DNA from: Stylophora pistillata | Lineage: Eukaryota | Assembly: GCF_002571385.2 (NCBI RefSeq) | Contig: NW_019217966.1 | Span: 1 to 64,000 of the forward strand | Direction of reading: 5' to 3' | DNA: 64,000 nt | Shown: in pieces, positions 10,078 through 23,295 of the stretch | Position numbering within the stretch: position 1 is the stretch's first letter | Layout: the number at the start of each line of letters is the position of its first letter | Position numbers and translations under genes: made by a program | The notes under the pieces: model-generated | What the model saw: only the letters and a program-made list of their open reading frames with translations | What the model was told of the DNA's origin: nothing | Databases searched by the model: none

Positions 10078-12046
10078 ATGGCGTCCATTGCGAATGATAG
10101 TAAGCTCTCAGAAACTAAAGAAGAAGGCTTTATTTTAACTGAAGACGATATACCTGGGGCTGTTTTGCAAAACAGAAATGTAGAGGCATGCAGTGTGGTA
10201 CAGCTAAAGCGCTGGCTGATTTGTAGGGGAGCGAAAACAAGTGGTAAAAAGTCAGCTTTAGTCAGCAGGTAAAGGGTCAAATTCAGCTTTTTCGTAGCTC
10301 TTTCTTTTGCTCACATAAAAACCATTAATATTTCTGATGGAAAACATATTCACTTAAAGATTTTATACATTAAATCGTCTGCTTAGAACTCCATTAACAT
10401 TATTTAAAATCGTTTTGCATAGGCTAAAACACTATGTAGAAAATGGCCTTGACAAGAAATATCTTAGAGACCCCGACAACGGCGCTAATATTATGAAGAA
10501 AAAAGCAGATCTTGGTTTGCTTGATAAGAGAGAGCCTCAAACAAATGGAAAATTTCCAAAAGAAGGTTTCAACTCTGATCTCAATGCTCTCCCTAAAGTG
10601 TCATTTGGAACCATCTGGCGTTACATGATCGACTCAGTTGACTCAAAAAAACAACTCTCAACTGCTAAACCTCTTGTAAAGGGGTTCAATTTTTATAAGT
10701 CTGGGAACGTACATTCTATTCACCATTTAAAGGAAAGTGGGAAGCACTTTATAAAGAGCCAAGTTCTCCCATCAATGAAAAAGAACTTAATATACCAATG
10801 TCAAATAGTAATGTCAAGTATTGGAGGAGTACTCAAAGCATATTGTGGTTGCCCAGCAGGAATAGACGGAAGATGTAATCATGTGTCTGCAACTCTCTTT
10901 GCCTTGGCTGAATATTGCAAAGAAAGAGAAAAGATCTCCATAGAATCATGTACTTCTAAACCATGTAAATGGAATATCCCAAGGAAACGAAAAGGTCCTC
11001 TATCACCAATCTCAGCCATGTCATTTCATAAACATGACTACAGCAAACAAGTTAAGACTGACAGAACACCAAATATCAAGAAAGGGAAAGATGTTCGAGC
11101 TATACATCAGAGAGAGTGGTCAGATGCCAAAGTGAACAATATGTTACAAACTATCAAAGACTATCAAACCAAAAGTGGTAACATTGTTGGCTGGAGTCAC
11201 ATACTGCCACAAGAGGTTAAAGAAGAAGACACCATTGTTTCGCCGCTCAAAGTCCTTCCACCATCCCTAAGGGAAATAAGTGAAAAATGCAAAGAAATTG
11301 AGAAAAAGTTGAATCTAGAGGAAAAGGAAATTACCAAAGTTGAGCAAAAGACTAGAGGACAATCAGAGGACAAGCTTTGGAATTATCACAGAAAGTGTAG
11401 AATAACAGCTTCGAAATGTTACCGGGTTGCCTCTTTGAAGCCCACTACATCACCAACAAAGGCACTTGCAGATGTCTTACAGTATAATAAACAGTATCAG
11501 AGTTTTGCAATGAATCAGGGTTTAGAGAAAGAAGAAGAAATTGAAAGATTATATGTTACATCTAAGCATAACTCAGGCTACAGGAATCTTTCAGTTGAGC
11601 CATGTGGGCTTTTTATTAGCCAAAGCCATGGTTTCTTAGCAGCCACCCCTGATGGTCTAGTGTCAGATCCTCATGTTTCCCAACCACTTGGACTTCTTGA
11701 AATGAAATTGATACAGTTAAATGACAGTGAGAGTCTTAGACAAGGTCTGCTTCAAAGAAAAATATGTAAGGACTGTGGTGACAACCATCTAAAGATGAAC
11801 ACTGGACATAAGTATTTCTATCAAATACAACAACAGATGTTTGTAACCCAGCGTAAATGGACAGATTTTGTAGTCAAGGGATCAACAGGAAATGAGCTAT
11901 ACATTGAGCGAGTCAACTTCAACTCTGAGTTTTGGGAAAGTGTTCTTCCTAAACTTTGCAATTTCTTTCAACTACAAGTTTTACCAGAGATGTCATATCC
12001 TCGAGTCAAATATGGGTTAGCAAGATGTCAGTTGAGATTTGAATAG
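10078..12046 (+). CDS. Transposon accessory protein: SAP + SWIM zinc finger + YqaJ/lambda-exonuclease-like domain (exons 10078-10268, 10423-12046)
   Basis: SAP-like SVVQLKRWLICRGAKTSGKKSALVSR|LKHY spans a phase-2 GT-AG intron (10269-10422). SWIM AYCGCPAGIDGRCNHV. YqaJ motifs TRGQS..W...R..RITAS, ATPDGLV, LLEMK, YFYQIQQQM. Confidence 0.9.
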
Positions 12047-12802
12047 ACTGTGCCTAAATGGATTTAAATGAATTCATTTAGAACAGTGTAAAAGAAAACC
12101 TTGCAGTCTTGAATATAAGTTGCACAATTTTAATTATCTTGGACAATATGGGTCTACATGTAGTGTAACCTTTAAAAAGGTTAAAATACTAACAACAATA
12201 ACAGGCACTATTTATTGAAATAAGTGGCTTTTAAATACCTGTGCAGTTATTGTAATTTCAAAGTTTAATAAACCACAATAGTTGTCACTGGACAAAAGAA
12301 TACAAAAGAGGCAAAGTATAATATATTTAGTTATAGTTAAAGTTAATGCATCAAAGTGTAGACTGCACATGTGTGGAAAACAATTTAAAGATTTATCAGA
12401 TCAAAACGTCAAGCAAATATATTATCATGTAATGTATTATATTCTGCAGCTTTTGTTCATGTTTAGAATAAATAGTTTTGTTTCATTTTGCTTTGTGCTC
12501 AATCCTGAACAGTTTAATGACAGTACCATATATTTAAAGTGGTCTCTGTCAATTGCATTTGTTTTATAGCAAGACTAAAAACTATTCTGGTCCAGTGATA
12601 TCATTAATTTGTCACTACATACTAAATATTTGTCAATAACTATTTAATATCATTTCAAAGTTCGTGTTTTTGCTCTATCTTACACCTTGGGTGCATTTCA
12701 TTATAAGAGTGAAACATGCACTAATTTGCACAATTTTGCTTTCAAAGTGTTTCACACATCAACAATGAAATGCACTCTACCATGAACATGTACAAAATCT
12801 AA

Positions 12803-14157
12803 TTAGTCTATTAAGGGAGGAAGAAAATTTGATAGAGCAGCCACCACAATTAATATATCAGAGGCAACAGGTGACATTGAAATGGGAATTTTACGATCAA
12901 AAATATGCCAGTTTTTAATACGTTCCATTAACCTTTCCACGTGGACACGGAGACTTGCAATTGTTTTATTATGTTCTGTTTCTTTGGTAGAAAATTGCTT
13001 TTTGTCTTTTAGAAAATTAGGTTTAACTAGCACAACTCCAACTGATGCTAACTCATCTTGACAATTAAACCCCTTATCAGCCATTACCTCGTCACCTCTT
13101 TTAAGTTTGCCAAGAAAGCCACTTTGCATTGTTATTTCTAGATCAGAAGTACTTCCTGGAAATAGTTCACTAACAAAACAGACAACTCCACTTGGTGTGA
13201 TTCCTAATAAAGCTTTCATTGTGTTAGTGCTCTTATAGGATGAATAGCAGGCAGATTGGGCATCGAGTGACGATGGCTTTTCCATCTGGAACTCAGTGCA
13301 GTCTACAATGACAACAGTGTCAGGACAGATTTCTTTGAAGACTTTCGGCATATGAAATTTCAAAACATCATCAGGTGGTATCTGTATAAGTGGCTCGAAC
13401 TCTGACCTCAAAAATCTCAGCCATGAGTTAGTTATCCTTGAAACAGACATGCGAGAAACATTAAACCTATGGCCCAAGTCTCTCTCAAACAATCCCAGTC
13501 GTATTCGCACCAAAGTCATTATGAATTCCTGGAATGCTGATAGTGCTCTAGGTCTGCCAGGTTGTTTTGTACTTTCTAAGTCACAGTATATTCTTTCATA
13601 ATTGTAGCTTATATTCTTAGCTGAGTCTTTCACTAGGTTGTAACACATCATTAACATTTCATAATCAGAGAGTCCAGTGTAGAATGCAATGTCATCAGGA
13701 TTATCTTTGTACTTCTCAATATTAAAAACTTCACTATTACTTGAAATAAAGTTCAAATGTTTGTTTTCTTTTGTTAACTGGTCACATTTATCTCTCAATT
13801 TTTTGTTTTCCTCTTTGAGTTTAGATACCTCATTCAATACCTCTTCCAATGATGCCAAATCTATGTCAGTTTGAGTGTGTTTAGAAAGATATTGATGTTG
13901 TTCTTCTCGAAAATTATTCAGTATTTCCTCAGGTTGAACTTCTCTCGTATAGTATGGATCCTCGTGCAGTGATTCAGTCGAGGTCGGTGTTGTTTGGGTT
14001 ACAATGTTGGCATTGTTGTCAGAGTAACTGCTGTCAGTATCAGTAGTAGATACAACAACTGATGAGACTTTCCTTTTCTTTGGCACAAAGTCATGCTTAA
14101 AGATTTCTCTCCTTGATTTTCTCTCTTTTGTCCATGGAAATATAGTACCGTCTAGAT
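12803..14157 (-). CDS. DDE_Tnp_4 (Harbinger/ISL2EU) transposase; N-terminus (probable THAP domain) lost in the gap
   Basis: Catalytic triad VIVDCTEF / VMADKGF / RVHVER. HTH region LVRIRLGLFERDLGHRFNVS. Coiled coil. The frame stays open upstream of 14086 to the gap, with TIFPW resembling the end of a THAP AVPTIF box. Confidence 0.9.
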
Positions 14158-14489
14158 NNNNNNNNNNNNNNNNNNNNNCGCCATGAGCTCAAGATATGAG
14201 CGCTATATAAATAAAAGTTATTACTATTGTTAATTTAAGTGAGATGTGACACATAATGTGCGTTGTGAAAGAGAAATTTGTTAACACTGTCGCATAAACT
14301 ACCATATTAAGTCGTCGATATTTGAGTAACATCGTCCCACATGACGTAAGATGAATAGATTTCGCCTCCTCAATAAAACGTTCGTGTCTGAGTCAATGAT
14401 CTGGAACACTTACATAAAGATTGGCTTTCTGTATACGAATTCACTGCTTTAAAGAGGGGCGTTCGCCAAGAATTAAATAGAGAGGGAGA

Positions 14490-14648
14490 GCCTGCTTCCA
14501 GTTGGCTTGTTAGCTCAATTAGTAGAGCGCTGCACTAGTATCGCAGAGGTCAGTGGTTCGAATCCCTTACAGGCCTGATTTTTTTCAGGTCTGATTTTAG
14601 CTATTGCTTTAATAGCGCTATCTACTGCGAGGATCGTGCATCATACGA
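14490..14648 (+). repeat. Single diverged copy of the tRNA-containing 247-bp repeat family
   Basis: ggcttgttagctcaattagtagagcgctgcactagtatcgcagaggtcagtggttcgaatccc matches the arrays at 34.8-35.7 kb and 44.4-45.5 kb. Confidence 0.85.
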
Positions 14649-14651
14649 ATC

Positions 14652-14900
14652 CTCTTGCTATTTGCAATCTGCTAATTCCCAAATTACGTTGATAGTTACG
14701 TTTGGTATGTGCGACCTGACCTTGTCAATTCGATACCGAGTGAAGTAAAGCTATGGTTCTTATGGCTAACACAAGCAAACAGCGCAATAAATCCATGTCT
14801 TTATATTTTGCTGAACGGCAAGTTTCGCAAGAACTTCTTATCACAACGACTTGTTGTCCTCGTTAACAAACCAGGCTCTTACTTTTTTCTGTCAGTTTAG
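14652..14900 (+). pseudogene. GPCR pseudogene fragment (TM6-TM7)
   Basis: LLLFAIC*FPNYVDSYVWYVRPD..WFLWLTQANSAINPCLYILLN aligns with VVVFAFCWFPTYVNHYFWFIRR..FLWLAHANSAINPCLYIMFN of the 30-kb GPCR. The CWxP Trp is a TAA stop (14673-14675). TM1-5 absent. Confidence 0.9.
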
Positions 14901-17900
14901 CAAGAAATAACCTGAGGAAAAACATTTTTTGGCTGGCGATACCATGTGGAGGACGACCTAGTTCGGTATTGTGACGGCTACACATTATGACTTTTAATTT
15001 TTTCTCGGCAAGCAAGGGTTCATTAGAGATTACGAGATCGCAGAAAGGATGGTAGTGAACAAATCAGTCCGGGAAAAGGGTAAAAGAAATAAAATTCGCC
15101 GTTTTTTCCTTGCCCAACTCTCTTTCTTTTCTTGTACTAGTATATTGTTCTCACGTCCGTTTCTCACCCAGTACTGCTCTACAGGTTACACATATTCCCC
15201 ACGGAAGCGGGAAAAAGGAGGTACCAAGATTGTTTTTGAGTGAGTTAATGTTTGGCTGGGTTCATCCCTAGACTATTTCTGGGATAAACTTTGACGAGTA
15301 TTAGCTCCAAATCGTAACAAAACATAAAATTGATTAAAATAAAAACCCCTTCAGATAAAGTTCAAGTGGCAGTTTTCAAGATTAATATTCCGATTTGAAG
15401 ATTTCACAAGACAGGCCATCCTTAAAGCAGTCTTTAATCAAGAAAATAATTGGAGACTGTTTTGGATTTGCTTTACTTTGATCGTTAATTGGTCAAGAAA
15501 ATCGCGTCACCCTCTCGTCAAATCGGAAGCAAAACTAAAACCAATCGCGATCTAGTTTGTTATGTTTTCCAGCGCTTTGAGCAGTTTTCCTGTTTTTACT
15601 TCGAGCTCGTATTGGCTCATGCTGATGATGTTAAACTTTATCATGATTAACCATGGATCATTTTTGCTTTGATTTTTTGATCGAATAATGCACTGAATAG
15701 ATCCTTACTGCGTTCAAACTTAACCCAGGTCACCTGACATTATATATTCACTTAGCTACTTTATCTCTTCCTGTAAATCTTCGAAGAGAAGATTGCTCCC
15801 TAGACTACGGCTACAAATACAAGTTGATGATCGCTGGTAACAATTATGTGGGTGCCTTTATCTGGTTTTAAACACCAGCTTGAATTATGATCAAAACTTA
15901 CATCTACAAAAATTCACGGATTTCAGTTCTGACATTTTTCACGTTGACTTTAGCCTAGGGTGGTGTCCTAAATAGATTAGAGATCACCAATTTAAAAATA
16001 GCTTTCAATTAAGAGGTGCAGCAAGGACAAATCTTGTCACACCCTTTTAAATTCATTTCATACCGGTGATAGTATCATTCATCCCCAACGAGATCTATAA
16101 ATAAGTCATGGACTTCAGTTTTTGCTATTGAAAATTCATCAGCGGTGTGTATAAATGGCTTGCAGGGATGCAATTATAATCTGTATAACATCACGTGGAA
16201 TCAGTCCGTCTACATTTCATGGAAGATCCAGTGAAGGAGGTCGCTTCTTGATTTTGTTGAGACAGCTTTGTAACTCACTCCGTTTCCAAAGCCATGAGAG
16301 GCCGCCCACTCAAAATTCTTGACGCGATTTTTTTAAAAAGTTAGTGTAATATTCAATTTTTTTTGAAATATATGAAAATCTTTCGTGACTTCTTTCTAGG
16401 GTAAAGAAAAGTAAAATCGAGTTGGTTTATTCATCAAGTTTGAAAAGGGACAAGTGCTTGTTTGGAGATTCAAAACTCGACCCACCAGATGTTCTGTTTG
16501 GTTACCCAGCCAAAAAAGCCGGTTCCAGATCTTGTGGTTAGATATTCTGGAAAACGATTGCTGTAAGAAATTAAAACCACTCTATTAGGCTGGGTGGTGT
16601 TCAAATTCGACCGAATTCTCTTTGACGTTCTAAACTGAGTCACGCTGCCTTTCTGTCTCCAAAAGCATGTATCCAATACCTGTATCTTAAATTTCATCAA
16701 ACTGATGCAAAAAATGTTTAACCTCACGGGAAAAATCGTTGTCGGTCTGAAAAGATCCAATCACAGCTCTCATGGTCATATATCCCTTTCGTGGCTTTGT
16801 ATTAAGCACAAGCTACTTTTGAACATCGCCGCCAGTGTTTATAAACACCTTCATAATCGGCTGCCCCATTATTTGAATTATAAACTAACTTATAGGACGC
16901 AGTTTTATTGACAATAGGAAACTCAGATATGTTACCAAAAATGACCAAGATCTACTACACTGTCGTCTTTGTGCTGCCCAAAGGTCATTTGCACGCCTTC
17001 CTAGACCTAGGAGCAAAACTTTTAAATTATCTTCCGGTAGAATTATAATATTATGATGAGTGAATTCAACAAGTATTTTTGAAAATAAACTTTTATGAAT
17101 ACTTCTAAACTAGCGTTGTCTTAGGAAAAGTGTAATAACTTTTCAGTTCCATCACGTAAAGGTTTTTCATTTACTATTACATTTTTGTGAATTTGAATTT
17201 TAGTTTTCAATACTGAACCTATGTCCGTAGCTTTGTATGAATATAACATTCGTGTTTAAACTAATGATTTGTTGACTGGCCTTCTATAAACGAATTCATT
17301 GCTATAAAGAAGAGCCAGATTCGAATTGAAGTGATAGACGAGCAAACATAATCAAAATTTTTCAGGTATTCATTTCTTGACATGTAAGAAGTCAATGAAG
17401 GAGAAATGCTAGAGTTAACTTACATAAAATGTGACGCATAATGTGCGTATTTAAGGACACATTTATTAAAACTATCGTACAATGCAATGCAAACTACCGT
17501 CATTGCATCCTCAACTTGTCCATTATGACGTGGGAGGAATGGACAGCTCTTTATTAATTAAACAATTTATGTTTGAGCTAATAATCTGTTTCTGATCTGA
17601 ACGGACTGGCTTCCTGTAAACGAATTTATCGCTGTGGTCATGAAAAAAGACATTTCATCCAAAACTGATTCAGAAGTGGGAAAGTAGTGAAACTTATATT
17701 TCCGGTATTCATTTCTTTTCGTTTAGTAAAAAGTCCATAATGGAAAAGATAGGATTTGTTAACTTCAGCGAAATATGGCACACAATTTATCGAGTAGAAC
17801 ACTTGTATTTCTGTTAAACTCAACGAATTGCTTTCCGAAAGAACCGGAATGATTTAGGGTTTTAATCCCGGCAAGATCCTCCATGAGTGAATGAACATTT

Positions 17901-18305
17901 CTCTAAGTGAGTAGATAATACAGAAAACAGAGGTAGTTCACATTAAGTTTCATCGAAACATTTTCATTTGCATAATAATATTTGGTGATTCACAACTAAC
18001 AAATTGTTTTCTGGAGAATTCAGATATTAATTGTATGAAATTCAATTGTAAATAAATAGCCTGACCTTTTCTAACTTTCTGATAAGGAGTTACTTTTATG
18101 AGAGATTTAAATCATGAACGGTTTTTAGACGGCCTTTAACCCTTCCAATGACATACTCACTGTTAAAAAATTAATCTCAAAACTAGTTTTTTGCAAACAA
18201 CCAAAGTGATTTAAGAGAATGAGACCGAATGGATTTATAGAGTTATTTATCGGCTTGAGATTGTGACCAAAGGCTTTGTATAAAAATGCTACAGGTCGGT
18301 AAAAC

Positions 18306-18630
18306 CAGGAGCCCATTACCCGGAGCTTCCATCTTCCATACTGACCCTCTGAGCCAACCCTGTCCCATATCTTTCTATTTTTAGAAGCACCTCCCACGGC
18401 GGTTTTCGCGGGTGTTTTTATAATAGCCAATCGTAAGAGAGCTGTCGTCTCTATTGTGTTACGTCTCTATTGCGTCACTTGCAGGCCTCACGAAATTATT
18501 TTAATAATAGCGGAAAGCGCGGAAAGATTAAAGAACCCCCGCAAATACCTCAGTTCTAAAAATAAAAAATACGGGACAGGGTTGACTCAAGGGTACAACT
18601 GAGATGGAAGCTCCGGGTAATGGGCTTCAG
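18306..18630. mobile_element. MITE with ~60-bp imperfect TIRs and 7-bp TSD GTAAAAC
   Basis: caggagcccattacccggagcttccatct / agatggaagctccgggtaatgggcttcag. GTAAAAC at 18299-18305 and 18631-18637. Confidence 0.85.
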
Positions 18631-20623
18631 GTAAAACAAATAGGGACCCACGGAGGCGTTACTATACTCGTGAGCATAGTAACGCACTAAGGACCAATGA
18701 GACTTCAAGATTCCTTACGTGCCCATTTGGAAAAAATAAACGACTTTCTTCATGTGAAAAGAATTGACATCGCCCCCTTAATAAGCACTTTTATGTTTAA
18801 ACTAATGATCATGCGTACAGCTGAACACGAATTTCATGTCTAAAAAAGACATTCCATGTAAAGGACCGGCACAAATCATTTTCAGGTATTGCTTTTATCA
18901 ATTTGTAATTAAAGGAAAAAGATCATATCTAATTTTAGAAAAATGTGACACATAGTGGGAGTAGTCAAAGACACATGTTAACACTGAAGTACCAACGACA
19001 ATTATTGTGTCGCCAATATTTGAATGATATCGTCCAACATGATATGAAAAGAATGAACAGCACTTCCTTCATGATAATACAAAGACTACCTTCCTGTATA
19101 CGAATTAAAAAAGGTGTTCGATCTGCGTTGAAGTGAAGGATCGGTAAATACCGTTTCTCGAGTGTCCTTTTTATCAACATGTAAGAAATGCAATAAAAGA
19201 AAACTATTAGATCTAATTTCAGTGAAATGTCACGGAAACAAAATGTGCGTAGTGAAAGAGAAATTTGTTAACACTGTCGCATAAACTACCATAATAAGTC
19301 GTCGATATTTGAGTAACATCGTCCTACATGACGTGAGATGAATAGACATCGCCTCCTCAATAAAACGTTCGTGTCTGAGTCAATGATCTGGAACACCTAT
19401 ATAAAGATTGGCTTTCTGTTTACGAATTCACTGCTTTAAAAAAAGGTGTTCGCCAAGAATTGAAGAGAGGGAGAGGAGAAAGCCATTTCCGTGGTGTTCA
19501 TTTCTTCTTGGTATTTAAAAAGACGGTTATTTCAGTCAAACTATATCGATCTTCAGTGAAATGTGGCATACAGTGTGCCGAGTAAAAAGCAGTTATTTAC
19601 ATTATCACCTAAACTACTGGTTTGCATCCTCTATACTTAAATTTGACTGTCTATTTTGGCGTGATATGAGTAGAAAGCTTCTACACAATAAGAAGACTCA
19701 TGTTTGGGCTAGTTTCCTGACACAGCTGCATACAGGATGGCTTCCTGTTTACAAATTCATCCCTGTAAAAAGGAGTTCTATCTAAATTGAAGCGAGAGAG
19801 CGGCAAGAGCCACTTTTCAGATATTTGTTTCTCTTTAAAATGTAAACAGTCAATAAATGGACAAAATATATGTGTTTTGGAGTTTTGGAGAGTCTGCTTC
19901 TTTGTTTTCTGCAGTGGCGTGTGTACGTCTTGTCTTTGTTACAACGAAAGTTGAAGTCAAATGAGGTGCTTTTTCTAGCTAGACACAAGGGGATTGAATG
20001 CGACTTTCAGTTATCGTTTTCTGTTGTGAAATTTACGGTAGAAATGTCCAAATTCAAGAGACTTGCAAATAATTTATTAATAAAAATGTATTTGCAGAAG
20101 ATCTCAAAACTTCGCTCAACGTTTCACAAACGAACGAATTGTTTGGGAGAATTTAAATATTAAACGAATAAGAGTCACATTGATCAAGACTCGTTTTAAC
20201 TTTCTGAGTTACTTTTTGTGTAGGATTATTAAATTAAAAATGGTTATAAGGCCGCCTTTCAATCTTGTTAAAAACAAATTCAGTACAACAAATTTATTTC
20301 GAAAGTTTTTGCAGAAATTAATTAGACCATAGTGATTTGAGAGGGAAACAGAGAAGATAGAATTAATACTATCTACCGGCATGAGGTCGTTACTGGACTC
20401 TTTGCTCAAAAAATTGCCGCTCGGCCGATAAAACACGAAACAATTATGAAAAACTGCAACAAAGCTAGAAATTTTTTGCAAAGCGACTTAACACAAAACG
20501 GTACCGTCCGCTGAGAGCGGGCCAGAAGGGAGAACATTGCCTGCTCTCAGAACCAATCACATAGCAGGATTGGAAGAATATTGCTCGCTCACAAACTGAG
20601 AAAAAAAATAAGAGATCTATATA

Positions 20624-21080
20624 CCGCCTCCCGGTTAGTTAAATTGGTATAGCGCTGGACTGTTGTGCGGGAGGTCGAGAGTTCGACTCCAGCCGGACCA
20701 ACACTCAGGGTCTTTAGATAACTGAGAAGAAAGTGCTGCCTTTGTAGTAATATCTGCAAATGGTTAGACTTTCTAGTCTTCTCGGATAGGGACGATAAAT
20801 GAAGGTCCCGTCTCACAAGCCCTTATATGTAATAAAAATTGTGGGACGTTAAAGAACCCACACACTTTTCGAAAAGAGTAGGGCACGTAGTGCCCGGCGT
20901 TGTGGTTTATCTTTGTGTAGTGTCTAATCTAGGGTGAATTGGGGAGGGAAGGTGAGATCAATACATGGACTGAAGTGGCTGCATATTGCGCCTGATGAAT
21001 TCTGACGTCCGATCTCACCTTAACTCATTGTAAAGCGCGACTGATTATCTATATAGTAGTTTGCGCTATATAAATGCTGA

Positions 21081-21113
<33 letters not shown>
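20624..21113 (+). mobile_element. tRNA-headed SINE with Deu/Nin-type core and (ATT)n tail
   Basis: A/B-box head (ttagttaaattggt..gttcgactcc). Core gttaaagaacccacacacttttcgaaaagagtaggg..cccgg. CR1/L2-like tail tgtaaagcgc..gcgctatataaat, then (att)n. Paralogue at 54366-54810. Confidence 0.8.
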
Positions 21114-21115
<2 letters not shown>

Positions 21116-21119
21116 ATGA

Positions 21120-22130
21120 AATGCAGCACACAATCTACGGTCGAGTAAAAGACAGACTATTCAAGAAATTAGTGATTGTGTGGTTTACTATCAAATACTG
21201 ACCTGTAGATGGAGAGGTAGAAAATAAGAATTCTTAAAACCAAAAACTGGTTTCTGTTGAACAACAGATCTTCTGATTAATGTATCGTGAGAAGCATTTA
21301 AGAGTTAGTCATTTAGCCCCGTCCGCCAGGATGTTAACATTAGTAATTAAAACACTTTTCATGGTTTTAGGCTCCGTCAACTGTGAAGTACATGTCTTTT
21401 CTGGCGCGCTCGGTAACTCAGAAATCTTTAACTCTTCTGAGGAATTCTCACTGGAACAATTCTTTCTGCAGAGGCAAGAAGGAAGTATTTTCATAACTGG
21501 AATCAAAATAAAAAAAAACATGCAGCACATGGCGAATTTCGTATCAAATTTAGTGAAATAACTATGATAAATGAAAATTGCATCTTGTCTTTTCCGACTG
21601 CTATGTGTGATAAACAAGTTCTGGTACTCAAGATGCTAGCTTTTTTGATGCAAAAAGTTTAATCTTGTTTAACCAATTCACTCCTTTCAGACTAAGATGT
21701 AGATAGTTTGGAAATGTAAGCGATGAGAATATCATATCATGGCAAGGCGCCCGAGTATTTGAGTAATTTCATATCTATATATTCTATTAGCATTTTCAAA
21801 GGTGATAAACAAGAACAGTTTGGGGATAGATCATTTAGTAGTGCTTCCCATGGACTTTGAAATCTGCGCCTGAGTTCAATGCTATCTATTTCTAGTTTGA
21901 AGACATTGATTTCTTTTTTCTCTACAACTCCTTGGTTAGTCCTGATTCGTTATGCACTGTTCATCCTCCTCTTTTTCTCCCCCCGCTTAGAACTCGTGAA
22001 AACCAGTTCGCCATCAAAATCGCTGAAAAAAAGCTCCAGTGCATCAATGCCAAACGGTGAGTCTCGTATCCTACATCCATGATTATGTACGTCCATGTCG
22101 TTGGCCTTAGCTCCTACAGTTCCCATAGCT
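21120..22130 (+). repeat. Segmental duplicate of 26070-28510 (GPCR upstream block plus 5' exon remnant)
   Basis: Long shared runs, e.g. agatgtagatagtttggaaatg.aagcgatgagaatatcata..ggcgcccgagtatttgagtaattt and atctgcgcctgagttcaat, ending in gcatcaat.ccaaacgGT.agt..gccttagctcct. Confidence 0.9.
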
Positions 22131-23029
22131 AAATATGTCAGCAATAAAACACTTTTACTTAAAGCATCCGACATGCTAATGAGGTAATAAGGGAAACGTA
22201 GGAGCTTACCAAAATTAATTATGACACAAAAGGAACCGAGAAATAGTTTCAATGTTTGAAATAATGTTTTCTATCATGACATGAGACGAATGGACAAATG
22301 AGTTCTTCCCGTGAAAAGAACCTTCATGTTCGCTAATGACCTCTAATACCTCTATACAGACAGGCTCTCTGTACAGGTACTCATTGCTTTCAAGAAGCGT
22401 TCGACGTAAATTGTAGCGATGGACTAGTAGAAATCATCTTTCAGGTAATCCTAAATAAATATGTGAGGATTCATTAAAGGAAACGCATTAAACCCAACTT
22501 CAATGAAATGTGACACATGATGTGCGCGGTGAAATGCAAATGTTTAGACATTGTCGCTTAAACTACTATTTTGCGTCTTCAATATTTGGGTGATATCGTC
22601 CATTGTGGCGTGCGATGAAATCATATATACATACATAAATCATATAAACTTTATTTCCTTTAGAAGTTTGGATTAGTTAGATAAAATAAGCTAATATCTT
22701 CGAGAACTAAAAACGTTAACAAAAACAAAGTAACTTCAAAAATGTAACTATGATTAGACCGATTTGTTTCCCTAGACAAAGCTACATGAATTCCGGCGTT
22801 GTACATGTCTCTTGAAATCAGCAAAATTACCAGTCCATAATCCTTCAGCATTCGATTGGCAGGAAAATATCAGAAGGAACGTAGACCATAACTAGTGAGT
22901 GTTTCCTTCAGACTCACTAAGAGACGACACGTGGCTGCCAGGCAAATTATAGTTTGTACAGCGAGTAGTATATACACATTTCTCATATCAGAAGATATCG
23001 AAGAATATTAAGCTTCTGTAGACTAATGT

Positions 23030-23295
23030 AGAAATTTTTAAGTGCAGCCATTGTCCAGAGGAGGCATTTCGACCTTGCTAAGCAGGGTCAGTGTAGTCAA
23101 AAGTGTAATCATTTGATATAAACCTACGTATACGCTTGTTAAGTGCTCTCGGCTTTTTACTGTCAGGTAAGCCCCAAAAAATGCCATACAGAAGAGCAAT
23201 ACTAAAAGTGCGGCAGACTAAAGACCTGTACAACTTAAGAAATCATGTCTAGAAATAACGTTGCGAAAGCGTAACATCACGTTGAGTTGATTACA
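23030..23295 (-). mobile_element. Decayed CR1/L2-clade LINE ORF2 fragment
   Basis: Minus-strand QLNVMLRFRNVISRHDFLKLYRSLV..ALNKRIRRFISND resembles the post-RT region of CR1/L2 ORF2; frameshifted. Confidence 0.55.

Larger units (their letters stand above)
9989..14157. mobile_element. ISL2EU-type (PHIS group) DNA transposon; both termini hidden in gaps
   Basis: Two convergent genes, a Harbinger/IS5-like DDE transposase and a YqaJ-exonuclease protein, which is the defining ISL2EU gene pair. Bounded by N runs on both sides. Confidence 0.85.

Noticed and set aside
10415-12046. Phage or horizontally acquired YqaJ recombinase gene
   Set aside because: It has a spliceosomal intron, SAP and SWIM domains and a partner DDE transposase, matching the known eukaryotic ISL2EU organisation.
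15850-17010. Possible long DNA-transposon arm
   Set aside because: Composition suggests TE origin, but I found no paired TIR, TSD or coding remnant.
21950-22252. Conserved minus-strand peptide shared with 28453-28635
   Set aside because: It is the antisense of the duplicated GPCR 5' region; the plus strand explains the homology.
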